Positions 51,891 to 64,000 of a DNA stretch of 64,000 nt are shown one piece after another. Origin of the DNA: Octopus sinensis (Eukaryota); the NCBI RefSeq assembly GCF_006345805.1, contig NC_043008.1, forward strand, positions 64,480,001 to 64,544,000. The letters are read 5' to 3'. The notes under the pieces are model-generated. The model did not search any database. It saw only the letters and a list, made by a program, of their open reading frames with translations, and was not told the DNA's origin. The position numbers and the translations under genes are program-made. The first letter of the stretch is position 1. Each line of letters starts with the position of its first letter.

Positions 51891-52114
51891 GGCGGCGAGA
51901 TGACAGAATCGTTAGCACGCCGGGCGAAATGCTCAGTAGTATTTCGTCTGTCGCTATGTTCTGAGTTCAAATTCCACCGAGGTCGACTTTGCCTTTCATC
52001 CTTTCATGGTCGATTAAATGAGTACCACTGGGGTCGATAAAATCGACTTAATCCGTTTGTCTGTCCTTGTTTGTCCCTTCTATGTTTAACCCCTTGTGGG
52101 TAGTAAAGAAATAA
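51891..52114 (+). mobile_element. SINE family A
   Basis: 16-bp TSD GTAYGTACTAAAATAT at 51873-51888 and 52115-52130 (one mismatch). Confidence 0.92.
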
Positions 52115-52394
52115 GTACGTACTAAAATATCATTTGTGTCTTAGTGTTAACTTTTTAATATCATATAAACGATGACATGTGTGTTTCACTACAATACATT
52201 CATTGAAAATATATAAAATTTAGAATAATACATATATGGATATGCAAAGCATTAGTTGTTCGGTGATTCATGTTTAAGAAAGGAACTTTTACCCCCGTCT
52301 CTACCGTTTACTTACGCTTCATGACTGACCTAGCAATACTAACAAAGGTAGTAGTGGCAACATTTACATCAACAAAACGATCGTTAATGCAAAT

Positions 52395-53075
52395 ATTGGT
52401 TTCAAATTTTGGCACAAGGCCAGCAATTTCGGGGCGAGAGTGAGGGCAATTCTGTTACATTGACCCAATACTCAACTAGTGTTTATTTTATTGTTCCTGA
52501 AAAGCTGAAAAGCAAGGTCGACCTCGGTGGAATTTGAACTCAGAATATAAAAGCTGACGAAATATCACTAAGCACTTACTTCACCCGGCGTTGTAAAGTT
52601 TCTGCCAGCTTGCCGCCCTTAATAACAACAGTAATATTAAAAATAACAACAATAGCAACAATAGCAACAATAGCTATAACATCTACAATAATAGCAAAGG
52701 AAATAGTAGCAATAATGCTATCACTTCCACCAGCAGCAGCATCAGTAGTAATAAAGACCAATAATAACTATTTATGTTGTTGCTATTTATAACAACAAAT
52801 TTAATTAATAACAACAAGATCAATAGCAAAAACACCACCTACGACAAAAAAAAAACGTAACGTTTGAAATAACAACACCTAAAATAAAATTATGGGTTTC
52901 AAATTTTGGTACGAGGCCAGCAATTTAAGGAGAGAGGGTAAGTCGATCAAATCAACCCTAATGCTATTTATATTGACGCCTAAAGGATGAAAGTAAAGTA
53001 AAATTCGGCAGAATTCGAACTCAGAAGTTAGAGACGGAAGAAATGCCACTAAGCAATTTGCCTGGCGTGCTAACT
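52395..53075 (-). mobile_element. Two degenerate family A SINEs with the alternative tail (52395-52617, 52885-53075)
   Basis: Both start GGTTTCAAATTTTGG on the plus strand and contain GAACTCAGAA. Confidence 0.75.
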
Positions 53076-53150
53076 ATTCAAGGGGCTAAACATAGACGGG
53101 ACAAACAAGGACATACAAACGGATTAAGTCGATTATATCGACCCCAGTAA

Positions 53151-53381
53151 GGCGGTGAGCTGGCAGAAACGTTAGCACGTCGGGCGAAATGCGTAGCCGT
53201 ATTTCGTCTGCCGTTACGTTCTGAGTTCAAATTCCGCCGAGGTCGACTTTGCCTATAATCCTTTCGGGGTCGATAAATTAAGTACCAGATACGCACTGGG
53301 GTCGATATAATCGACTTAATCCGTTTGTCTGTCCTTGTTTGTCCCCTCTGTGTTTAGCCCCTTGTGGGTAGTAAAGAAATA
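53151..53381 (+). mobile_element. SINE family A inserted into an opposite-strand family A copy
   Basis: 15-bp TSD TATATCGACCCCAGT at 53134-53148 and 53382-53396. The host copy continues on both sides. Confidence 0.92.
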
Positions 53382-53460
53382 TATATCGACCCCAGTGCGT
53401 AACTGGTACTTGGTTTCGTGTCTTGTGCCTAGAGTAGAAAAGAATATTTTTCCTTTTGAA

Positions 53461-53686
53461 AGGCGGTGAGCTAGCAGAAACGTTAGCACGCCGGGCGAAA
53501 TGTTTAGCGCTATTTCGTCAGACTTTACATTCTGAGTTCAAATTCCGCCGAGGTCGACTTTGTCGTTCATCCTTTAGGGGTTGATAAATTAAGTACCATT
53601 TGCGTACTGGGGTCGATTTAATCAACTCCCCCCCCCACACACACACAAAAAATTTCAGGCCTTGCTTCTAGAAAAGAATATTTACC
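53461..53686 (+). mobile_element. SINE family A (alternative tail)
   Basis: AGGCGGTGAGCTAGCAGAAACG head and CAGGCCTTGC..AGAAAAGAATA tail. Confidence 0.85.
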
Positions 53687-55207
53687 TTATTATGCTAATT
53701 CCGAATTGTCAATAATTTTTATCCGCTTGTCGGCCGCGAAGGAGCCTTCAGATTTATGTTTAAAAACATTCCAACCATGCCTATGGAGTCTTTATTTTTA
53801 GTCGGAGTGTATTATTAAAATGTGATTTAGCTGCTATTTCTAACAGACCATATGACCACGTAGAAGCTCATTTGTTCCATAAGGAAACAGTAGAGAGTAT
53901 TTGAAATGATTCAGTCTTGTAATATTACTGGTATACATTTAGAATAATTTTTTCATAAAACCACCACATCAGACTTCGGGAATACAAACGTGGAGCTAGA
54001 CTTTGATACTCCAAGAATCGGTCATTGAGTAGTTGTTACCATCATCGTTACGTCTGTTGTTCCACCTCCAATATTTACTCTGATTGAACTGACATATAAT
54101 CAAAGGCGGTCCAGCTATGACAATCTCAGAATTTCGTTTTCAGAATATTTCATCTAAAAACACATTATCCAACATTTTCTGACTTGAAGTGATTTGGCTT
54201 CTATTTCTGATAAGCCAAATGGTGTCTTTGTACAGATTCCGAGAAATAAAACTCGTTTCTGAACTTGCTATTCTGAAGTATTTTCTTTATATCCAAGGTA
54301 GCCTTTTCTTCTAACGAAGTTCATATTCCTATAACTTTTTTACTCCATTCTTCGTATTCATAGCACATGTCTTATATTTTAAATTCATCCAGTTTAACCT
54401 CGGCTGCATTGCAATTTTCCAAATTCTATATTATAGCCATTGGCTATTACAGAATATTTCATGGTAAAATATCAGGAAACTGTTAACCCTTTCGCAGCTG
54501 CTGGCAATAACTTTAATGATGCTTCATAAAAATAATATTCTGAACTGAAAGTCTTGCTGTCAATGGTTTAAATTGAAACTAGTGGTTGTCATATAAAACA
54601 TATGAAAGAAAAGAAACATTAATACTGGCTTATATTCAAGTAATTTTTGCTTTAGATAGAATTTCAGTTGCTTTTGGCTATTCCGAACTTGACATTATTA
54701 AGGGTATCTCGACTGTCTGAGGAGTGTGTATATGTGCATGCGTGTGTATGCGAGCTGGTGGGGGAATATTCGATTCAAATATTCTTCAGTTAGCAATAAA
54801 GAATTAGAAAGTTGTGATTTTTGAAGTATGGAGTTTTTAATATGTTGAGATTTATTGGTAACTGCTGCTATCAAGCTAAATCTTATCTTCCAGACGGACA
54901 GGTGGGAAAACAAACTGAATTATTTTCTTGATAACAGTGGATATTTGTATTGAATTTAATTCTGTTCGGAAAAGAATGAACCCCACAATGCCTCATACTC
55001 ATCATGTTACACATTTGAACGTTTGTGTTTAGTTAAAAAAAATCAACATCTCATTCAATGTTGCACAGACCGATTTAAAATTCTGAATGGACGCAAATAT
55101 AACTGTGTCGTTAAGAAATACAAACCAAAGACCGGAATATTCGGTGGTGGTTTGCGTAGGTTAAGATTGCTGAGTAGATCCTATTTATTGCATTGAACAC
55201 TTTGTTG

Positions 55208-55438
55208 TTTCTTTATTGCCCACAAGGGGCTAAACATAGAGGGGACAAACAAGGACAGACAAAAAGGATTAAGTCGATTACATCGACCCCAGTGCATAAC
55301 TGGTACTTAATTTATCAACCCCGAAACGATTAAAGACAAAGTCGACCTCGGCGGAATTTGAACTCAGAACGTAACGACAGACGAAATACAGCTAAGCACT
55401 TGGGCCGCCGTGCTAACGTTTCTGCCAGCTCGCCGCCT
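55208..55438 (-). mobile_element. SINE family A, full length
   Basis: TTTCTTTATTGCCCACAAGGGGC..CTGCCAGCTCGCCGCC. Confidence 0.92.
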
Positions 55439-55934
55439 TTTGTGCATCTATCTGTGTTTGCCTATGTATCTCTATAGATATCTCGGTGAATACAGCATGG
55501 CCGAATGGCAAAGAAGTTAATTTCGCCGTCATAGGATTTGGGGTTAGCTCCTGCTGGGGTAGCCATAATTTTAGTCAGGTGTTCTTTTACCATAGTTTTG
55601 GGTCAGACTAAGCATGGTGAGCAAAACTGGGGAGATGGAGAGCTTATGAGAGCTTGTCAGATCGTATCCGAAATTCGAAGGCTCAGCCTTAACACACACT
55701 GCGTGTATCTGATTGCATCCGAGATTTATATCAAAAGTACACCTGTCAGTGGAATGTTCAGGCACAATCTACTTTAATGAACAAGTAGTTCAGGTTATCA
55801 AACAATGAATAACCATCGCCGAAACTGACATAAGACCGTTAATAAGTATTACCTACATGCATATCAAGGTGTATTTATGCATCTATGTATATAACTGTGC
55901 CCATCGGGCTGTGTATGTGTGTGTGTGTGTTGTG

Positions 55935-55965
<31 letters not shown>

Positions 55966-56841
55966 TGTGTGTGTGTGTGTGTGAGTGCGTGTGCGTGTTT
56001 ATGCGTATAATAATATCTACAACCCGGCGATTCTATATGACTTGTAAATTCTTTGATGCGTACTTGCAAATCAAATTCTTTTGCAAGATTCAGCTCTGGG
56101 TAAGTTTTATGAGCAATCAAAAATTGCACACCCATTCAAGTTGCCCCTCTCCTTGTCACAAATTACACGAATTTGACCTAGAGATAGTTTGGCACAGTAT
56201 TGTCTCAGTTGTTATATCTCCTCTCTACTTTTTCTACCGCAGCTAATGTAGCTTCTATTCCTCGGTACTCGTCTCAATTCCTTTCCATTCAAGAACAATC
56301 GGCTCAATTTTTTCTCCTCCTTTTGTCACATTATTACCATTACATTCTTTCAGTTCATCAAACAGTACACCTATAACTCTCTGCCCACAACACCATTCCT
56401 TTAAAAAACTTATCTTTTTTCATAAGGTTAAGTTGCAAGAATACCTTCTTTCATTCGTTAGGTTGCAAGAATTCAGGAAAAACCTTAACTGGATGGATGA
56501 CATAGCTCATTGAGATCCTGCAGAGATTGTGCATCTAATGCTTTCAGTCAAACAAAGTATTTAAAATAAACATAGTCACATTTCTTCTGAAAATAACATA
56601 CCCTGCACTACACCATCAACATTATCTCTTCTTAAGACAATGTGGACTGGTTTAAAGCATGTTTTTTATTTGACGCCAAATTGGCCCAAATCCAGCAAAC
56701 GTAGAATAATTAAGGAATTTGAGGTTTGCTTAGGAACACTGTTACACTCGAAGAAAACAGCAGCGCAAACGCAACACGAACAGACAGAGTTTTTAATGTC
56801 AGTTGGTCACTTCTTCCTGTATGGGTTTCTAAGGCAATATT

Positions 56842-57063
56842 AGGTGGCGAGCTGGCAGAATCGTTAGCATACCGGGCGAAATGCTTAGCGGTATTTCGTC
56901 TGCCGCTACGTTCTGAGTTCAAATTCCGCCAAGGTCGACTTTGCCTTTCATCCTTTTGGCGTCGATTAAATAAGTACCAGTTACACACTGGAGTCGACAT
57001 AATCGACTTAAACCGTTTGTCTGTCCTCTCTATGTTTAGCTCCTTGTGGGTACTAAATAAATA
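56842..57063 (+). mobile_element. SINE family A
   Basis: 14-bp duplication GGGTTTCTAAGGCA at 56823-56836 and 57064-57077. Confidence 0.9.
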
Positions 57064-57151
57064 GGGTTTCTAAGGCAGATGCTGCTTTGCCAACAGGAAT
57101 AAAGAAGGAATTGTCAGATGCAGTGCAATTTCTCGTGAGACTAACCTATTG

Positions 57152-57862
57152 TAACCCTAAATCACCTTAACTTTTCTAGAATAGAAATCCCGGTGAAATA
57201 TTATGCAAAACGTGTGTTTTAAGACAGTAGTTTTTGGGTTATTGCAGATGTGGCTTCAAGCACGTCGAGCAATATTAATTCGCACCACTGAAGATGGAAC
57301 AACTATAGCACTGCAAGGTTTAGTCGTTTCTGATAACGCCCCTTACAATTTAATTACTTCGAGCAACGAAGTCGCATATCTATGTATCTATGTATGAACC
57401 CACACGTGTCTACGCGCATACGTACACCATGATCTATACGCATGCACTCGAGGGTCAATTCATATGAAAAAGTAAGTGAACAAAATGAAATTCTGGTAGA
57501 AAATATTGCATAGAATTTCAGAAGTGTTTTGAACGTCTTTCAATGATAGCAGGTCAATCAAACGTACTGTAGTTCGTTGAAGGATATAGATAATATGACT
57601 TCATGCTTATCGGGAAATTTGTAAGTTGAAGTTTTCTAACCCTAACCCTAAATCACCTTAACTGTTCTAGAATAGAAATCCCGGTGGAATATTATGCAAA
57701 ACGTGTGTTTTAAGACAGTAGTCTTGGGCTTATTGGAGATGTGGCTTCAAGCACGTCGAGCAATATTAATTCGCACCACTGAAGATGGAACAACTATAGC
57801 ACTGCAAGGTTTAGTCGTTTCTGATAACGCTCCTTACAATTTAATTACTTCGAGCAACGAAG
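57152..57862. repeat. ~220 bp direct duplication (57152-57371 and 57643-57862)
   Basis: Near-identical copies offset by 491 bp, each starting with TAACCCTAA. Confidence 0.92.
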
Positions 57863-58141
57863 CATCTCATCGAATCTTATCTAATATAAAATTCGTGTAA
57901 TTACAATAATTGATGTTTTTGGCGTCATCGCTGTTGTTGAACCCTTAAGGCTACTGTGAACGAAGAAAAAGAACGTTAAAATATGTTCCAAATGATGGCC
58001 ATACTGTTTCTTTATTCCAAACATAGTTTACTTATATATCTTTGAGGTGATAAAGAGTAATTTGAGAAAGATTTGGCTGCTATTTGTAGCAAGACATGAC
58101 ATTATCGAACCATAACATATCTTACAGGACGAAATAATTTT

Positions 58142-58354
58142 TTCTATTTTCGGTACGAAACCAGCTATTTTAAGGTGTGGATGTAGGTCAATTATATCGA
58201 CTCCGGTACTTGGCTGGCACTTTTTTTTCAACTGCTCCGGAAGGGCGAAAGGCAAAGTTGACCTGAGTGTAATTTGAGCTCAAAACGTAGACTCGGAAAA
58301 AATACCGCAAAGCATTGCATTCAACGCACTAACGATTCTGTCAGTTCGCCGTCT
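58142..58354 (-). mobile_element. Degenerate SINE family A
   Basis: GAAAGGCAAAGTTGACC..ACTAACGATTCTGTCAGTTCGCCG. Confidence 0.75.
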
Positions 58355-58991
58355 TATACTTGCGAAATGATAAAAATAATAGTCCCTATTATAACAGCAC
58401 AATACTACGTAGTTTCTTATTCGCTTTTTTATTTCTTAGATTAGGCTGGAGATATCGACACCTGTATTTGATAAGAATTTTACTTTATCAGCCTCAGCCT
58501 CAGTAGAAATAACATAGGATAGTTTGAACTCAGAAAGTAGAATAAAGAAAATGGTTAAAACAATATTAGTCATTGATAAATATTGCCTTTTCTTCAGCAT
58601 ATAAGTCTGCCTGCTTTTAAACACTACCAGAGTTAAATATGTCAAACCTAACTGAAATACTACAAATACATACGCCAACTGGATTCAGGCATGTTTTACA
58701 TTATGCTTGTTGCTATCTACAGCCATATTTAGGTACATTTGGTTAAAGTAAATATAGAGAAAAGACAACAAATTTCTCACATGAATATTGAAGATACGAT
58801 CAAACTGTATCAGCATTGAATTAATGTGAATTATATGTAATACACTTTCAAAGGGATTCTAAGAACGTAGTTGTCAGAATGAATATTATTGATACATTTT
58901 AGATACACGAAATAATAGCAATCACAATAGAGATCTTACGTACATGTCTATCTGAATGCCTATCTATATTTCCACTGCGTAAGAATACATC

Positions 58992-59133
<142 letters not shown>

Positions 59134-59195
59134 ATATACATATATATTGTATCTAATATGTATAAGTAAACACATACACACACATATGTATATAA

Positions 59196-59237
<42 letters not shown>

Positions 59238-59350
59238 TTAACATTTACACATACCCACATAATCACCCCCCGCATAAGCATGGAAATCTGTGCATATTTA
59301 CGTATCTATGTATCTATTTATCTAGCATTCAATCGGACAGGTTTGGGCTG

Positions 59351-59388
<38 letters not shown>

Positions 59389-59583
59389 GACTCTCTCCCA
59401 CTCTCTCTATTTATACATAAATATCTATATATGTATCGGGCGCATGTATTCCAATTATACACACATACACACGTACACGTATGTAAATGTCTGTGTGTGC
59501 ATGCGTGTATGTGTACTTACATATGGAAATATACACAAAGGAGTGGAATTAGTGCGTACACACACACATACATGCATACATAA

Positions 59584-59616
<33 letters not shown>

Positions 59617-59916
59617 GTATACTTATATATATATATCGTTGATTTTTGTTGATAACTTTTACACAGATAACAAGTAGGACTCTAGATACATTTTGCTTTA
59701 TTTACACAGAACGCAGTTGCAGTATTCAATACAGCAAATATAAATATAATATTACATCTATTGAACCACCTAGTTCTAAATTCTAACACAAAATGTACAG
59801 AGAGATTTTTTTATATATATATTTAATCACTTATTATTATTATTATTATTATTATTATATTATTATTATTATTATTATTATTATTGTTGTTGTTGTTGTT
59901 GTTGTTGTTGTTAAGA

Positions 59917-60142
59917 AGGCGGCAAGCTTGCAAAATTGTTAGCACGCCCGGCTAAATACTTAGCGGCTTTTCATCCGTTTTCATGTTCTAAGAACAAATT
60001 CCGCCGAGGTCAGCTTTACCTTTCATCCTTTCGGGATCGATATATTAAATACCAGTGAAACACTGGGGTCGATGTAATCAACTAGTGCTTCCCCCGCTCC
60101 CTCAAAAAAATTGCAGGCCTTGTGCCTATGGTAGAAAGGATT
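59917..60142 (+). mobile_element. SINE family A (alternative tail)
   Basis: AGGCGGCAAGCTTGC head and GGCCTTGTGCCTATGGTAGAAAGG tail. Confidence 0.85.
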
Positions 60143-60839
60143 ATCATTATCATTGAGTTAACCCTAACCCTAATTACAGCAAAACTAAACTCGCAAACAA
60201 AAGTTCTAAACTTAGCATTAAAATCAACATAAGTTGTGATGTTGTGATTCTAAAACAACAACCAATGCAATTTGAAGGAAAATATGAATCCGTAGCAAGC
60301 TGAAAACAAAACCATTCTCCTCTGAACAGAACTGATAGTCAAATCCGCGATGCTAACCCAGTTAACTTTGCAGAACACTGGTTAGCTTCATCATAGAAGT
60401 TGCTAAGCGCACGCAGACCTACACATAAACATATGGATATACACAGGCACACACTCACATTTAAATTTATAAAACACTAATCTAGTTACCTCTTAGAAAT
60501 GCAGAGATTTTCTGTATACATCCTCGGCAAAGTAATAATTTGAATTAGGTAATGTCTGCAGTTATCCAGAATAAAATTTGTTTTGGATACATGTGCGGAT
60601 CAGAACCTCATTGAGGATGTCCATTTACTTGATGTTCAGTATATAACTCAAGACTATGAAGCCTCACATAGAGAAAATAATCTCTTCTGTAATCTCACCA
60701 AATGTTGGAAATAATAAGCACAGGTACACACACAGGTATACACGCATAGGTAGTGATAATGAAGTTCAATAAATAAATAAATACGCATACATATACATGC
60801 ATATAGCTACGTATACATGCAAACATCCGTACAAATAGG

Positions 60840-60887
<48 letters not shown>

Positions 60888-60888
60888 C

Positions 60889-60944
<56 letters not shown>

Positions 60945-61599
60945 GTGAGAGTGTCAGTATGGTTGTGCGAGTGTATGTGTAGGAAATACAAGATAACATT
61001 ATTTCAAACGAAACTTTATACTCGTTACTCAAAGTTTTTTTTTGTATATTCGTCATATATTCGTCAGGCTATATACAATTTCTAAATAAACACCTCTATT
61101 TTTATAGAAATATTTAAAAGCAGTTCATTGATCTCAATCGTTTTCTGAGAAACAGACTAGTCAGCGCTTCAATGTTTTTAAGTGCTGCAGATATTCAGAT
61201 AATTTTCAGATATCTGAAAATTTACCTTATTGTTATAATATATGCATTAAAGATTTAAGTGAATGCAAATACTGAATTTTAAAACAGTATAGCTACACTA
61301 CCTACGCTAATGCTACCAAAAAAGAAAGCAAAATGGCAAAGGTAGTGACTTAGAAAGCCAGGAAAATCTTTACCTGCTGGGGGTTTTCTTTACGTTGGTT
61401 AGGTCTTAGTTTGAAAGTATTCATCGTTAGTCTTGTATAAATTTTAACGGATGGAGATCATTATCTGGGTCACCATTACGAAGAACATAATGGACAAGCT
61501 AAAAAATTCTATTTAAAACGCTTATAACATTAATGCAATTACGCGTTGTCTTCTTAAAAATTCCCAAGGTTAGTCTTTTTTTTTGCCGTTGATGCTTGT

Positions 61600-62250
61600 T
61601 AAAGTTTAATGTAATTCTCAGGGGACTTAAAATTTCCGCTGAAGATTTTCCTGTACTCAGTATTTGGGAAAAATATATATCCATCAATAGTAAAAGAAAG
61701 CTTTTGGCTATAAAAGTGTATTAATTTGACTTAAAACGCACTTGCAGATCTCACATCTGTAGGCGCTCTCATGGTTATTTGTTGTGTAATAAATATTCTC
61801 TTAAAAACTATTATTTCTTAAGGTATTATTTTATTAATTGATAAAACTTTTGAAATAATATTAGTAATATGACATGATGAACAAACAGCTACCAATATAT
61901 TTCAAAGTAGTGCTTAACATGACTAGCAAGCGCTTCGATTTCATAACATTTTTACTGTAATAGTGAAACTGGTTTTCAATAAAGACAACATTTGCATGTG
62001 ACAACGTTTTAGTTGATATATAAAACTTGATCATTTTAGGATTTCTACTAAAAACAGTAAATATCAGGATTTGAATTTAATAAACAATTTTCGAAAACTA
62101 TCAACTTGTTAATTAGTAGTATATTTTTGATAAAAAAGCCATCATCTTGATAGAATCTTCCTTTTAACTCTTGAAATGCTATGTAGTAAAATGTAAATTT
62201 TATAATTCTAATTCAATAATTTCGTAAGCCATTCACGAGTTCATACTGAC
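61600..62250 (-). mobile_element. Possible very old hAT transposase C-terminal remnant
   Basis: IAFQELKGRFYQDDGF and IFITQQIT..RSASAF loosely resemble hAT C-terminal motifs. Confidence 0.3.
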
Positions 62251-62604
62251 ATCAAAGAAAAGATAACATTTATATAATGCCATAAAACGGCATTGATATG
62301 TTATAGTGTTGTCTCTGCAAGTTGGATACTATTGATGTCAACATTAGGAGATGATAGTAAGTCATTTCAAATCATATATATATTCCTGTATGTTATATAT
62401 AATAATTACTGGTATCTTTATATATCAATATATTTTATATGTAAAGCATAATATGTTATGCATGTATGTTCTTGTAATTGTCATTTTAGTAAATACATAA
62501 ATAAGTTGACACAATATAATATCTAAACGTTGATGAACCACCCATTGATCACCTCCATTTTCTTATTGCTTTCTCTCTCTCTATATATATATACACACAC
62601 ACAC

Positions 62605-62657
<53 letters not shown>

Positions 62658-63194
62658 TATATAAATCAATAAATGGTGGGGTTGTGTTGACCGTACGTGG
62701 AGAAATGATAGGCAAGGAAAAATGATAAAAAGCCAGAATGCTAAATTGAAGGTAAATTTTAATGAAAGTGGGTGTATGGAAGATAACACCACATGGATTT
62801 AATCATATGGATCTCAATCCTCCAAGGTATTTTTTTTCAAGAACTCTCATTGAACTCGAGATACACAAAGACGTTACAATGTATCGGTGTACCTATTTTT
62901 TAATTTTTGTATATTTTATTTTTTTTTTTGCAAAAAATAATGTAATTTTCTTTTTTCCCCCTCCTCAATTATAAAAAAAAATTTATTTTCACCTTACAAT
63001 TCTTGAAAAGTCGCATTCCGACGAAAACCGGTTTGAATTAATATATATATCTTTTTTTAATTTTTTAAAATTTTCCATACACCCATTTTCATTGAAATTT
63101 TCTTTCAATTTAGCATTCTGCCTTTTTATAATTTTTCCTTACCTATATATATATATACATTTAAATTGTTAATACATATATTCGAATAATTTGG

Positions 63195-63560
63195 TGTTGA
63201 TGTCTGGTAAGAAGTTTGCTTCTCAACCGCAATGTTGGCACCTTGAGCAACTGTCTTCTGCTGTAGCACCAAACTGACCAAAACCTTGTCAGTGAGCTTG
63301 GTAGATGGAAACTGAAAGGAACCCGCCAACGCAATGTGTGCGTGTGAGAGTGTTTCTTTGTGCTTGTGTTCGTCCTCTTTCACCGATTGACAACGGATGA
63401 CGGTTTGTATAGGTCCCTGAAACTCAGAAGTTCCGCATATTATCGATGGATTAAGTACCACGCTTACAAAAAATAACTATTGTGGTCGATTTGTTTGACT
63501 AAATCCTCCAAGGCAACAGGCCATTATTGCGGTAGTTCAATGAGTAGAACAAGTAAAAGA
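63195..63560 (+). mobile_element. Degenerate SINE family B
   Basis: TGGTAGATGGAAACTGAAAG and GAACAAGTAAAAGA family motifs. Confidence 0.75.
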
Positions 63561-64000
63561 TAAATTATGCTCATCTGCGTTTTATTTTGAATACTCCTAA
63601 TCAATAACTTGAATCATGCGTTGACTATTTTGGTCCTCCAGTTAACAAATGAGATCAATACTTTGCTTGGAAATGTTCTGTAAATTAAAATATTATCTAT
63701 AACTCTGTTAATCCTATGATGACTGTATCCCTTAATAACCGGTGGCAGCCATATGAACAGAAAGAAATCGTAACTGATATTACCAATATTAAACATGCCG
63801 GAGTTCTTTCACTCACGAAGAAGCTCGGAAAGTAGCAGAATTTTATCGTCACGCATTTGGCCGCAGCAACAATGACCACCCTTGAAATCCAAGACACCTG
63901 AATCACGTTACATGAAAAGATATTTGAGTTATAAAATCTATTGTGACCTTGATGGTGTGCCATCCTTAATAATACTATTATCATTGCGATGAAGATAAAT

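Noticed and set aside
53950-54560. Possible minus-strand APE endonuclease remnant
   Set aside because: No motif could be read with confidence.
63015-63050. CCGACGA AAACCGGTTT GAA hammerhead-like string
   Set aside because: The core is mutated, there is no stem III and no convincing stem I.
63700-64000. Coding-like GC-richer segment at the window end (HEEARKVAEFYRHAFG)
   Set aside because: All frames have stops and I recognise no family. It may be a decayed element running off the window.

Overview
AT-rich, microsatellite-saturated animal genomic DNA. The tRNA-derived SINE families look like those of Octopus; this is my recognition, not a database result. I found no host protein-coding gene, rRNA or intact tRNA, and most long ORFs in the track are microsatellite translations. 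The window is a stack of nested transposon remnants: two R4-clade LINE fragments, a Tx1/L1-clade LINE 3' half, a Penelope-like (PLE) fragment with a GIY-YIG domain, three mariner remnants, a full-span Tc1 with long TIRs, Helitron Rep and non-autonomous Helitrons, a Chapaev3-like transposase, a probable solo LTR, MITEs and more than 25 SINEs. The main observation is at 45501-47353. A ~475-480 bp non-coding unit is repeated 3.4 times in tandem, then joined head-to-head to an inverted partial copy. Each unit carries a type I hammerhead ribozyme fold on the minus strand, which is the layout of a non-LTR retrozyme able to release unit-length (possibly circular) RNAs. Other minimal hammerheads with palindromic stem III lie in PLE-like fragments at 25419, 32308 and 36624, with degenerate ones at 14764 and 20290. 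All folds, alignments and translations were done by eye and no activity has been tested.
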